DNA of 64,000 nucleotides from the human T2T-CHM13v2.0 reference genome, Homo sapiens. The number at the start of each line of letters is the position of its first letter. Position 1 is the first letter of the stretch. Location of the stretch: the NCBI RefSeq assembly GCF_009914755.1, contig NC_060936.1; one strand, given 5' to 3'. A model generated the notes under the pieces. That model had not been told where the DNA came from and made no database searches. It saw only the letters and a list, made by a program, of their open reading frames with translations. Shown here one piece after another: positions 1 through 12,259 of this stretch. Both the position numbers and the translations under genes were made by a program.

Positions 1-1286
1 TGAGCATTGCCATGGTTATTGATATTTATTAAATCAAATCTGCCACTGAAGCATATATAACCACTCAAGAATGAATTACAGCAAATATTTAACTGCCTGC
101 CTGCCTTTGAATTGGTTAATCAGAATGAGTGATGCATTAGCTGGTTCAACTCCTTTCACCTGGAAAGATGGCTATCGATTCCCTTTATTGTGATTTAAAA
201 GATTTGAGGAAAGTCTAAAAGCATTTCAAAAGATTTCAATAAGTAAGACATAATTCTGCTTTTCATAACCACTAAATGAAAAAAAAAACTAAATACAAAA
301 AAGATTCTTCGAGTAAAATTCTGTCATTCTCCACTTTTTATTGTGTTAAAAAAATCAACTATAATATGAGTGAAAGTCAAGTTCTGCTGGTATGTATGAA
401 ATGAGAAGAGAGGTGCTGTAGGTTATTAATAACAGGGGATGTTTTGTACCTGTTCTGGAAGATGAATATGCATTTTTGTGTTGGAGCCAGTCCATAAGTC
501 AAATTCCTTTAAAACAGGCAGAGGCCAGCCTTGTTCTGGCTGCAGCCTGCACGGCCAGAAAAACAGAGGAAGAAGCGCCTTCCACCAGCATGAAATGTTA
601 TCCACTTTGATATGTAAACATTCTTCCTTCACCTGAAGTTGATGTCAGGGTAACTAAAACACAAGAACTTGGTTGACTGAGCAGAAGCAATCTATTGTAT
701 TCTTCTGTTTTTCAAAACCAGAGATAATCAAGGACTGTTATGTCAGATGCTAGCTGACCTAACTTTTGAGTGGAAAACGAACCAGGAATCTGAGATAACT
801 GGATAGTCTCCGCATATTTTTAAAAAATCAGCATGTCTCTTGAAACTGCTCAGACTTAGCTGATTTTTGTAGTTGTTGTTGTTCTCTTTATAGTTTTTTT
901 TCTTTTTTCTCTGTATTCCAGACTCCTGGCATTTAATCTATTGGGTGGGAATAAATGACGTAAATTGTACTCATATTTGCAAAAGGCCCAAAAAAGATGT
1001 TAAGGCTGTTAACAACAGACGTCTACGCTACAGTTGAAATGGGCTAGGTGAATTGAGACAGAATTCTATGAACATTTTATGAAGCTTTCCTTAAATTTCT
1101 AATTGAAAATTGCTACTGTTTGTGTTACTGTTGATTCATTTCATTTAAGTCTTGGTCTTGTAGATTCTATTGATACCCCATTCTTGGGGATGAAAAACAA
1201 TGTTAAATGCGCACATTTGTTAGGAAAATGGGCTGGGTGGGAGACGGAAGGCTTTGGCCGCCATCCTAGGGCATTCCTGTGCATTG

Positions 1287-1412
1287 CGATGGTCAGCATT
1301 TCTGTATCTAAACATCGAAAAAGTACAATAAAAATACAGTATTATAATCTGGGACCACTATCATACACGCAGTCTTTCTTGACCAAAACATCCTTATGCC
1401 GTGCGTGGCTGT
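1287..1412 (+). mobile_element. Tigger3/MER7-type TcMar DNA transposon, 3' fragment
   Basis: tgtatctaaacatcgaaaaagtacaataaaaatacagtattataatctgggaccac...ttgaccaaaacatccttatg matches the remembered MER7A/Tigger3a 3' end. Confidence 0.75.
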
Positions 1413-4229
1413 GCTGAGAAGGAGGAGCACTCGTCCTCTCCAAGCACATCCAATTTGCCTCAGTCCTCATGACTCCTGCCCTGTTACCAGAACTGAGCTC
1501 ATTTGTTATTGAAGTTGCTTTTCTTATACCCAGCCCAGTTTTCCATTGATGCTCCCGCTTATTCTATGTAGGTATTTTCATTTATCACACAATATCCCTA
1601 GTCTAAGATTTCATTTGAGGAAAGAAAAAAAAAAAAACCTCTGCTGCTAAAAATAATTTGAAAACTCCTAGACAATAGGACCTTTCAAATCCCTTACAAT
1701 TCTAACAACCAGTGAATTCATGCTTCACAGCCATTCAGATCTATACGTATGAAATACAAGACATATGTGTTCAACTTTCCTTCATCGCCTCCTTTAAACT
1801 TTCTTTTTTCTTTTTTGAGTCAGTCCCTGCAGGAACAGACCAAGTGAGCCCATTAAGAGAACAGTTCATTCCCACCTGCTACCTCGAGCCAGCCAACAAT
1901 CTCAGCCTCACCACTCCATTCTTGATTATGTAGAACCATTCCAATCCTGAGTGACAGGATTTGCAAAGACAGCTGTTGGGCTCCACAAACATTTGGAGGA
2001 GGGGAAAATGTGAGGTTGGTTGCTACATTCTCCTACTTCTTTTTACTGAAAGGAACAGCTGCGATCTTCACATGTAAGATGAAGTAAACAAAAGCTGACA
2101 ATGCCCAGCACCATTCAGCAGTAAGCATTCAAATGGATTTTTCCTCACCGCGTTTGCAGGCCCGGCACAGTCTCAGTTCCCCACAGCACAGAGAGGAAGC
2201 AAGGTCTTTGCATGCCCTGTTCACTTGGCCAAACATTGCCCTAGATGTGCAATTCAACCCGTATAAAGCAAGCGTAATTCAAGAGCCCTGACTCTTTCAC
2301 CATTTCATGATGGCTTATTACTCGCACACGGCATTGTCAGGTTCCAGCAACTCTGTGTGCAGCAGGCAGAAATGCAGTGTTTATCTCTGACAGGCAAACA
2401 TTCTTAGGCTCATCGGCATGAGTATCCACGCTGAACTGGCTATCGGGGAAGTAGATCCCTGCATGGGAAAGTCAAGGTATGTTTAGAGGGACTCGATGAT
2501 TCAACCCCATTGGCTGGCTCATTCCTTTTGTTTCCTCTGCCTTTTTATTTGCTTACACAGAAAACAGAGCATTCATTTATTTCTTTTCCCTCTCTCATCT
2601 CTATTAACCACTAGGGCCATCTGCCCATCTGAAACTGTCTTTGGCTGCATGGTTGTGAATCCAGGTGACAGTGAAAATGAAGAAGTGGTGATTGTCCCTG
2701 CATGTTTTCTCTGAAGGGTTAACTAAAAAAAAAAAAAAAAAAAGCCTTTGTGTCTGTTTCGAGTTCTCCAGTTGAAATACTGTACTCATTGAACTGCAAG
2801 AAATAAAACCTGCAAGTAGGCACTGTGCTAATGTAATAGAAATGTGTTAGACAGGGGCACTATTTCTTAAATATGCTTGAATTAAGCAAGTTCTTTTAAA
2901 AAGTGGGTGGGACTTTTGATGTTTTACATAGTTATATTTTCAATTTCTTGTGCTCAGTTTAAAACTCAAGATTCTTTGTTTCTGTGTGTGTCATTAGGGC
3001 AGGTGTTGGATGACAAGTAAATGCACTGAAAAATGAAAAAAAAAGATTTGTGCCCTAACCTCCATGAATTTGGTGACTTAATATATCCATACAGATCTGA
3101 CTTTTAATCAAAGGTGCTCACAGGTGGGGTAAGGGATAAGGAGGAATTTGTCTACAGGATCCTTTTATCCTAAGTTGCCTTACAACATCCAATTGTGTTA
3201 CCGTTTTTTTTTTTTTTTTTACAAACCCATTGCTAGGCTAAGAAGTATTGATTCCATCTAGTTAAACATGTCGAGTGAGAGGAAGTGATCAATGGATTAC
3301 TTCTTCAAAACATTTATCCCCCCTAGTGGAATCCTCTGATTTTTATAACATTAAAGAGCCAGGTATAGGAGTTGGGAGAAGAATTTAAAATTTGAAATGT
3401 CTTCTTTTTTCAACTCTGTTCATGAAAACTCTAGTTAATGCATGTGATTTCCTGGGTCTCCCTCTCTACTTCCCTCCATTATCACCACCTTTTGTTGCTG
3501 CTGGGGCTGTGGGTGCCCTGAAGGAGCATGAGATGGCCTTCCTCAGATATCTGGGTTTTAAATTCAGTTCGTATCTCTTAAGTGAAGTGGGTAGGGCCAA
3601 AAATGACTCACTGCCCAGTGGTGCCTGGAAACATTATCAGCAAAGACATTCACCTAGGGAGAAAATAAACACAGAATTCTCATATGGGCCCATCTTTCCA
3701 ACCATCTCCTGGACTTTGGTAGTCTTTTCTGAGCCAGATATCTCTCTAAAGTCACTTGCTGTCAGACCTTTTTGTCTCATATTTAGGAATGGCTGAAGTT
3801 CTTTATAAATCCCAGATGAAACAGGAGGAAAACTACTTTGAAATGATCATTTCCATGATCTCTAAAATGCAACAAACCGTATTTCTTAAGATTAACGGAT
3901 GCGAGCCTATGACAGGTTCAATGTGGGACCAACTCAAGGGAAATTGATGACCGAATTATTAAAAGGCATTCATTACATCGCAGTTTCACCTGAAGAGGGG
4001 GTGTCCCCCAGTAGTGCTTCTGCAGCAGAATTGCTTAGAAACTGCAGAACATCCACAAGGAAAGCACCCCAGGCCATTGTGTCTGACTGTCTTTCAAATA
4101 GAGGAATGGCTAGTTGCCATTTGCTGAGGGCATCTCCTGCACTGAAAACTGTGTGCATATATGGATGATATCGCCGAGACTCACAAGTATGCAAGATAGA
4201 AACTAGGTGCATTTTTTTCAGATTAGGAA

Positions 4230-4567
4230 CTTGAGAATGGAAGATAAACTGAGAAGGGGAGCAGGGGAGGATAGGGAGAGATTGGGCAACGGTTAAGAAG
4301 TTACAGTTAAATAGGAATAAATCCTGGTGCTCTATTGCACAGCAGGGTGCCTGTGGTTGACAACATTGCATTGTCTATTTCAAAGTAGATAGAAGAGAGG
4401 CTTTTGAATGTTCTCACCACAAGGATATGATAAATGTTTGAGGTAATGGATATGCTAAATACTCTGGTTTGATTATTACATAGGGTATGCCAGTTTCAAA
4501 GCATCACATTTTACCCCATAAATATGTACAACTATCATGTGTCAATTAAAAATAAAATTAAAAAAAA
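4230..4567 (+). mobile_element. L1MA-type LINE-1 3' UTR fragment with A-rich tail
   Basis: ttgaatgttctcaccacaagg...gataaatgtttgaggtaatggatatgctaa...ccccataaatatgtacaac...gtcaattaaaaataaaa, a typical L1MA 3' end. Confidence 0.85.
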
Positions 4568-4648
4568 TTTATTGATAAAAGAATAAAAAATAGCATGCTT
4601 TTGGCCACTCTATTTGATAGGCATCATTTAAAAAACATAAGACTATAA

Positions 4649-4774
4649 GGCTGGGCATGGTGGCACATGCACCTGTACTCCCAGCTATTTAGGAGGCCGA
4701 GACAAGAGGGCTGCTTGAGCCCAGGAGTTCGAGATCAGCCTGAGCAACATAGTGAGACCCTCATCTTTAAAAAA
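4649..4774 (+). mobile_element. FLAM (free left Alu monomer)
   Basis: Single ~125-bp monomer ggctgggcatggtggc...gagcccaggagttcgag...gcaacatagtgagaccc followed by an A tail. Confidence 0.85.
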
Positions 4775-6192
4775 TATACGTAGTATAGATGATGTAAAAG
4801 GACCACCTTTCCAAATGAGTCAATTTCTTCCTTAATTTAATACATTCCTAGGTAGTAAGTTTTTAGAGAGCTAAATTAATTCCTTGCTATGTCTTAGGTT
4901 ACCATTTATAAGTGTTCTTATGGGGGTTAGCTTCATTTTATGTACTAAACACTTATTTGAAAGGATCGTTGCCTTTTTCCATGTGCTAATTTGTATAGAG
5001 AGTTTACGTATTGTGGGAATTTAATTTATTCCTGCATTTTATCCAGGAAAATAGAGCCAGATGCTTTTGGACACTTGTTATTTGCTTTAAATAAGATATC
5101 AGGTTAAGATAAGAAAAATATATTGATTGGATATTGCGTCTTCCTCTGGAGAACGTAAAACCTTTCACGTCCTACATCTCATCATACCTTACAACTTTAG
5201 AACAGACTCTAATAAAAGGAAAATGTTTTAACTGTCCCTTTACTTATAGAGGGCAGGGATGGGAAAGTGCACTCAATTATACTAACAGAGCTCTCAATTA
5301 ATCTAAATTCAAAGCGAAGGCTCCTGTTGTGGATCAGGGACCCTGAATAAACATGCTTTCTAGGAGACTTCACCGCCAGGTTCCAAGAGAGGTCACAGTA
5401 CTCCTGCACTCCTGATGGCAGACCCTTGGATTCCATTGCAGGCAGTGACACACCAAGAGTAAGAGGAGCTGGCTTCAGCCCTGTCCACGTGTGTCTGCTG
5501 GCTCGCCCTTCTGTCTGGCATCTCCACGCCCCTCCTCTTCCGGACTCCCTTGCATGACCTTCCAAACAGAATGAGCTGTTCTTCCAAATATGACCCTAAC
5601 TCATTCAACAGCTGGAGGCAAGAGCAAACTAGAGCTCATGCAAAGGGTATTAGCATTGAGTCTTTTTTTTCCCCCTCTTTCTCTCAGACTAATAGATATT
5701 TGGAAAATTCATCTAAAAACCTTTTTTAAAAAAATTTCATTCATAAAAATAGCCAAGGGGTTTCTCAGAGAGTTTCCTTTTAGCAAGTCTTTTGGAAGGA
5801 ATAAATGTCTACTTTATTATTTTTCCTTCCTGTGCCTGACCTCCGAGAGGATTAGAGGGTCTGGGCAAGGAGAGGAGCCTCACACCCAGCCACCCACACT
5901 TTTCCTTCTGACGAGCCCCACCGCCATGCCATGCTCTGTACAAGTTCTCTGGAGGAACATAAGAGCCACCTTATGTGTGAGGGAATAAGACCATGCTTTG
6001 AAGAGCCAGACTTTCTCCTTTTACTTGCTCTTGAAATTGTTTTCACTCTGATCTGCAAGTCAAAGGAATGATCTATTATACATGTAGGGACCTCAAAATC
6101 TGTTTGACTCTGTGCAAATAAGGTACAGTCCCTGCCTTCTTCCTATAGTTTTCTTATCACTAGGGGACTTGAAAAGGATTTAGTTCAACAAC

Positions 6193-6330
6193 TGAGTCAG
6201 CATGAGTTCACACAAAACAAATCGTTTCACACCAATGTCATTTTCTTTCTTTCTTCCCCCCCGCCCCCACTTTTTTATTTAAATAATTCGGTCAGGGAAA
6301 TCCCACATGCTTAGTATCATTTTGTCAGCA
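6193..6330. promoter_or_regulatory. Candidate enhancer motif cluster (AP-1/ARE, GC box, NF-kB, Maf half-site)
   Basis: TGAGTCAGCA 6193-6202, CCCCGCCCCC near 6260, GGGAAATCCC 6295-6304 and ttttgtcagca near 6320. Motif matches only. Confidence 0.4.
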
Positions 6331-6728
6331 AGGTACATGACAACTCTGGTCACAATAGAAAGTCGTTTAGTGAATTAATGTCAACTCTGGAAAAAGTGGC
6401 TAATGTGTCTTGGGGAGTTTGGTCCTTGCCTGTACACCTGCCTGAAGATCACAAGAGTAAGAAGGACAGGTAACACACACTGAATGACAGGATCAGAGGT
6501 TAGCAATATCTCAGAAGCCTGCCATATGAGCCAAACCCAATACAAAACAATTTAGCAATATTAAGTAATTATCACATTTTGTACTTCAATAAAAAATTTA
6601 ATATCATGACTTTGCGGTAGGAAAGGCCAAGTTTAATGTTGGTTAAAAATAGTTTGGAGATTATATTTGTCTGTCTTCAATATGATGTTTCTTTCAAAAT
6701 ATCCCAAATAATCTGAATTAAGAGTAGA

Positions 6729-6870
6729 AATAATATCTACCATTTATTGAGTACCTACTATCTGCTAAAATAACAAATTTATAATGAAGGTGTAACTATT
6801 CCCATTTTACAGATGAAAAAAATGGAGGAGGTTAAGTAACCAGCACTAAGTCAAAATGGCTAGCAAAGAT
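6729..6870 (-). mobile_element. MIR SINE
   Basis: catttattgagtacctact...cccattttacagatga...gaggttaagtaac, the MIR core in reverse orientation. Confidence 0.7.
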
Positions 6871-8586
6871 CAAAACCAACATGTTAGCCAATGTTAGGCA
6901 GTTCAAGTCCTTTCCTCTGTGCCTGAAATGAAAGAAATTTTCCAGGAATTTTGCATTGGTTATTCATATCAAGTATAAAAAATGTTATTCATTTCAATGA
7001 ACCAAAATTAAGTCAAGACACTTAAGGACTGTCTAGAGGAAAATGACCAGGATAGGAAAGAGTCTGGAAGCCATGCAAGAAAAGACACAGATGGTAAATA
7101 TTTAACATGAAAAATAGAAGATTTGTGTGGGATATAGGAGATACCTTCAAATAATGAAGACCTGTGGTCAACTGGGGCAAATATTTTAACCCCAAATAAG
7201 TTCTTCAACAATAACAGTTTCATTACAAATAAGGGAAGAGAAAGTGCCCAAAATGAGCATTCTCAGTCACTAGATGCAGAATCAGAAAGCCACCTGCCAG
7301 GGCTGTTATTGAGTGAAATTCTGACTTTGAAAACATTTGGCCTATACGAGGGATTCTTAATCTGATATCCATGGAAGAACTTTAGGTAAAGTCTTTGAAT
7401 CCCTGGAAATTATATGAAAAATTGTATATGTGTTTTTTTTTTCTTGGGAAATGGTGGATATATTTCTTCAAATCCTCAAAGCAATTCTACAATATTGGTG
7501 GGGCAGTGAAAGGAAATCACTTCCAATTCTACAATTCTGTTTTGTAAAAGTAGTCTTACCCTTCACAGAGGTGCACCCAAGAGAACTGTGTGATTGATTT
7601 AATATTAGGGGTGAATGAACATAAACAATTGAAGAAAACTTCAAGGTTTTTAGCCTTGTAACTAAGATGTTCATACAATTTTTAAAAATCTTTAATAAAA
7701 GAGAAGCAAATTTAGTGGAAGATAATTAAGTAGAAATAAATAGGCAAACTGAAGCCTGTCTAAGATTCCAGTACTGAGAGTACTGAGTACGTAATTCAAA
7801 TATTCTTTTACATCATGGCAGAAAAATGCTGAAATCTAGGGATATATGCTGACTAGTAACTGAGTCTTATATAAATAATTTTTTTAAAGCCACTTGAACT
7901 TTAGAACCATAAAATGTTATAACACTAACTGTTCTAGAGACTACTTACTTCAGTCTCCTAATGTTACAACTGAAGAAATCATGTCTCAGAAAAACTAAGA
8001 GACATATTCTGGATTCTGGGGCCTGGTTCCTGATTCACGTCTCTGTCTGCAAATTTAAGGAAAAAAAATTCTAAAACATTCAAATCTGGAATAAACCTAT
8101 GCATTTTTCAAGAAGAAAATATATATATAAAAACTAGTCTTAACTACATATAATACACAAAGGTCCACTTTGTTATGGTATAAGGCAAGACCGTAAGGAG
8201 GTCTTATGCCTCCTTATGAGGCATAAGATTGCCCCTTACGAGTTTTAAAGTATGAATTCCACACGTCAGCATGCTCTGGGATGTTTTCACAGTATTTTTA
8301 ACATTGGTCCTCATAGTCTTAATTTACCTCTGGAAATTTCCATGGATGATTAAACTATGAAGAACAAAGAAGCACATGGCTGTGTTATTTAGAGTTTAGT
8401 GAATTAGGTCTGCAAGTCTGTTGGTTTCCTTTTAGATGTTGTCTTGTCCGTTTCTAAGATCAGAGGGAGACCAGCTCCAGGAGTGCTCATGAATGCATCA
8501 GTGGTCTTCCATACCATCTGATGAAAAGATTCATTCTGTGTCTCAAAAGGATATTCCAGATCCAGTTCTGAGTCAGCAGGTCTTTG

Positions 8587-8589
<3 letters not shown>

Positions 8590-8617
<28 letters not shown>
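8590..8617. repeat. (TA)14 microsatellite
   Basis: Read directly. Confidence 0.95.
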
Positions 8618-8620
<3 letters not shown>

Positions 8621-9976
8621 TTTTCCACTGCTTTATTTTTTTAAATTCATCTGACAAGGTCAAGGTGGGATTGAGACAAGAAAAATTTGGAACTAGTCCC
8701 ATTTGAGACTTATTTCCTTAAAAAAGGAACTGTTTTTTAATAATCTGAAAGTTTACATAATTTTGACATGCAAGTTATATACGTGTGTGTGTACGTTTGC
8801 ATGCTTGTGTGTATGTTCATTTTTTTTAAAGAGACTCAAACTAAATAAAATTTTGATTGGGGGTGTTGCTGAAAGGACTATAGTGTCAGCTGTTATAACT
8901 TCAGCTTTAAACACTAAACCAAAACATGGGCTACATGTTCCAATTCATACTGAAGCTTTATAATATATGGCCTTAGAGTAGAAGTATAATGATCTCTTGG
9001 GAGAGGCAAGATCCAATTAAAATTCAGTTTGCTGTCTTTTGGAAAGACATAAGCAGTTATATATCCTTTGAGACGGTCTTAAGAAATACACACCTGAGCT
9101 TTAAATGGCCACTCATTTGACTGTGAAGTTGAATTTCAATTCATCTGGGAGTCAGAGCACAAGAAAGAATTCAAATAACAACACTCTGATATTTCCTGGT
9201 GTGTTACCAGGGAGAAAAGAGCTCCTGGAAAATGAACGCCTTACACATTTGCAGATATTACCAACCACTTATAAAAACAAGGCTATTGTTATGCATAAAA
9301 GTCATTCCTTTTAGGGGAAGCCTAAGAGTGAATTGAAATGTGGCTGACATTTCTACCACAAGATAAAATGTTTTTTTAATATCATGTTTAAGTTCTCTTA
9401 GTTAAAAAAGAGAAAAGGGAAAAAAAGAAGAAGAAAGAAAAATATCTATAATCCAGTATTCAGAAGCAATTCCAGACACTTCACCCATGAAATAACTCAC
9501 TGGAAGACATTACATTTCTAAACACAAAAGCTATTAGCAGCCTTTTCTAATTCTCTTTTAGTTCAATAAGGGAATTATTGACCGTATTTTGCAATCCCAC
9601 ATGTTTTTAAAAGACAAAAAACATAGTACATTGAACAGAAAACATACGAATGCTTTCTATTTAATTTATTAGTTCATGACTAAGATGAAACACTCCAACA
9701 TATACAATAACCTCCCCACCCCCACTTCACTCTGAGGTTCTTTTGGTTACTTCTTTTTTACAACAAAGGTTTGATGTATTCTTTAAAATATAAAAAGAAA
9801 AAGCCACTATATTGCCTCAGAACTACTCCATCTCACTGCCTCACTTTAAATTCTGATTGACTGTAATGAGACCACAGACAGATTGATGAAATAAATTTAG
9901 ATACTAAATAGCATTGTACTTGGGGTGATTTAGTTATATAGCTCATTTATTTCTTCAACAAATTTGTTGAACAGCA

Positions 9977-10330
9977 GTATTAGTTAAGGCAATGCAAGCT
10001 GATGTCATAAATAAACCCCCAAATCACAATGGCCTAAAACCTTAAAGGTGCAATTTTTATTCATGGAAGCAGGGCAATGTAAGTAACTACAGGATTCAGG
10101 CAGCCAGAATTCTTTCATCCTGTGTTTCCATCATCTTCTAGAGCTTCAAAGTCTTCTGCATTTATCCAAGATAAGAGAAAAGAAATTTGAGAAGGTGTAC
10201 CTGTTTTTAGCCATCTTCTGCTCACTTGCTCTTGGAATTAACAAATCACACAACCATACCTAAGTGCAAAGTGGTTGAGAAATGTATTTCCTGATGGGAC
10301 AACCACCTTCCAGTGATAACTTCACACTCT
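9977..10330 (-). mobile_element. Old LTR (LTR33/MLT1K-like)
   Basis: gtattagttaagg...aaataaacccccaaatcacaatggcctaaaac resembles the end of old ERVL/MaLR LTRs; heavily diverged. Confidence 0.45.
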
Positions 10331-11813
10331 GAAAGGGCTCAGCTGCAACACCTGTAATAATACTGTGCTGGACATTGTGGAATTTTCTAAAAGAAACAAA
10401 ACTGGGACCTTGTCTTCCACGAGCATGCACGTTAGCAATTTTTTGCAAGGAATTTATTCCCTTACCAATAATAATAGTTAATATATATATAAAGTTTGTT
10501 ATGTATCAGGCTCATTATTGGACCAGAGGCTGTGTGGGTGGTATTTCAGGACTCAAACCCTGGTATCTGCGCTGTCCAAATTCATGCTCTTGCCTCCTGC
10601 CCTCCGTAGACTTCTAATCACTTAAGGCAAGAGACTCAAGTCTAGTTCTCTTAGAAGTTCCTACCACAGGGCAGAGCCCACACCAGACAGTGAAGGAATG
10701 TGGATTATACTAAACAAAACCCTAGGATCGATTGTATAGGTAACTGTTGGCAATAAATTAGAGCTCAATTCCAACTCATAAAAAGCTGTACTCCAAAATA
10801 CAATTCACCATAAATGAAAGCTTTTTAAAGATATGAGTTGCCTATACTATAAATATTGATTTTTTTTCATCTGAGTCAATTGAGATGCAAATGCTAATTT
10901 GAGTAGATGAGCATATGAGCATTAGTGGAAAAACTCACCTAAAAAGGTACAAGAGAGAGCAAGATGCCCAAGATAGATTAACACAACACTTTAACCAGAA
11001 TGTTCTATCATTTTCTTTCTGCACATACACCTTCTAACTTGCAAATCTGTCTTGCTTCACATGATCTCTTCCCATCTAATTTGATGGGTTTTTCTCTGAA
11101 AGAAATGAAGGGAGGATTCCTCCAGTTCTTGTTTTCTATGGTAATTATCCTAAGTTTTAGGGGAAGAATTTTAAAAGAGGAATTCTAGGCACTTCTCAAC
11201 TTGGAGCAGAATAGAGATGTATTCCAGTAAGGAATATAGTTCATGGGCATAAGTGACTTGAATATGAGGTAGAATTGGGGGTAAATAACCTATGAAATGT
11301 ATAGATGATATTCTATCAGACAAGAGATATTACCTATAGTTTTACAAAAGAAATAAACTTTTAGCTAGGCCTTTTAGAAACATGTAAAATTAACTGAGTT
11401 TACCAAGTATAGAAAAAATAGGAAATTGTCATTTAGAAGGGCATGATCTATTCAGCTAGCCAACCAAGAAATATGTCGAGTGCTCCGATGCAAGGTAGGG
11501 TATGAAGAGCAGTGGGGAGAAGGGGGCAGTGAAAAGTGCAAGACAACACCTATTCCCATATAGGTCAGCAGCTAAGAGCAACAACAAAAGAGAACAATGG
11601 GCATGTACAGTGCATCCACCTGTACCAGGTAACATGCCAGGTGAATTATTCAAATTATCTCATTTGGCACTAATGCATGTAAAGTACATAGCAAGGTGCC
11701 TGTCACAGAAAGAATGTACAATAAGTGATAGCTGTGATTTAAATGCCAGTTTTATGTGGAGGTTATTATCTGTTTTCAAATTAAAGAAAGTGAGGCATGG
11801 TGAGGCTATGTGA

Positions 11814-12192
11814 TGCTATAAACTGAATGTTTTTATCCCCACAAAATTTATATGTTGGAACCTAATCACGAAAGTAATCGTGAGGCCCCGTAAAGGTAGG
11901 GTCTTTGGGGGTTGATTAGGTCATGAAAACTCCACCTTCATGAATGCTGTTATAATAATAATAATTAGTACTCTTATAAGAGAGGACTGGGGGAGCTCAT
12001 TTGTCCCTTCTACTATGTGAGGATGTAGCAACAAAGTACCATCTTTGAAGCAGAGAGTGAGCTCTCATCAGACATTGAATCTGTCAGTACATTGATCTTG
12101 GACTTCCCAGCCTCCAGGACCGTAAGCAATAAATTTCTGTTGTTTATAAATTATCCCATCTGAGGTATTTTCTTACAGTAGGCTAAGATAGA
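11814..12192 (+). mobile_element. MLT1A-type MaLR solo LTR
   Basis: tgctataaactgaatgtt...gattaggtcatga...tgatcttggacttcccagcctccagg...aataaatttctgttgtttataa. Confidence 0.85.
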
Positions 12193-12259
12193 TGATATAT
12201 CCAAAGCCCCTTAGCTGGAGAAACCAGACATACACGCATGGAAAGTTCAATAACAATGA

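Noticed and set aside
3315-3330. CTCF-like motif (reverse CCACTAGGGGGAT); weaker matches near 36438 and 55214
   Set aside because: Mismatches at core positions; not supportable without ChIP data.
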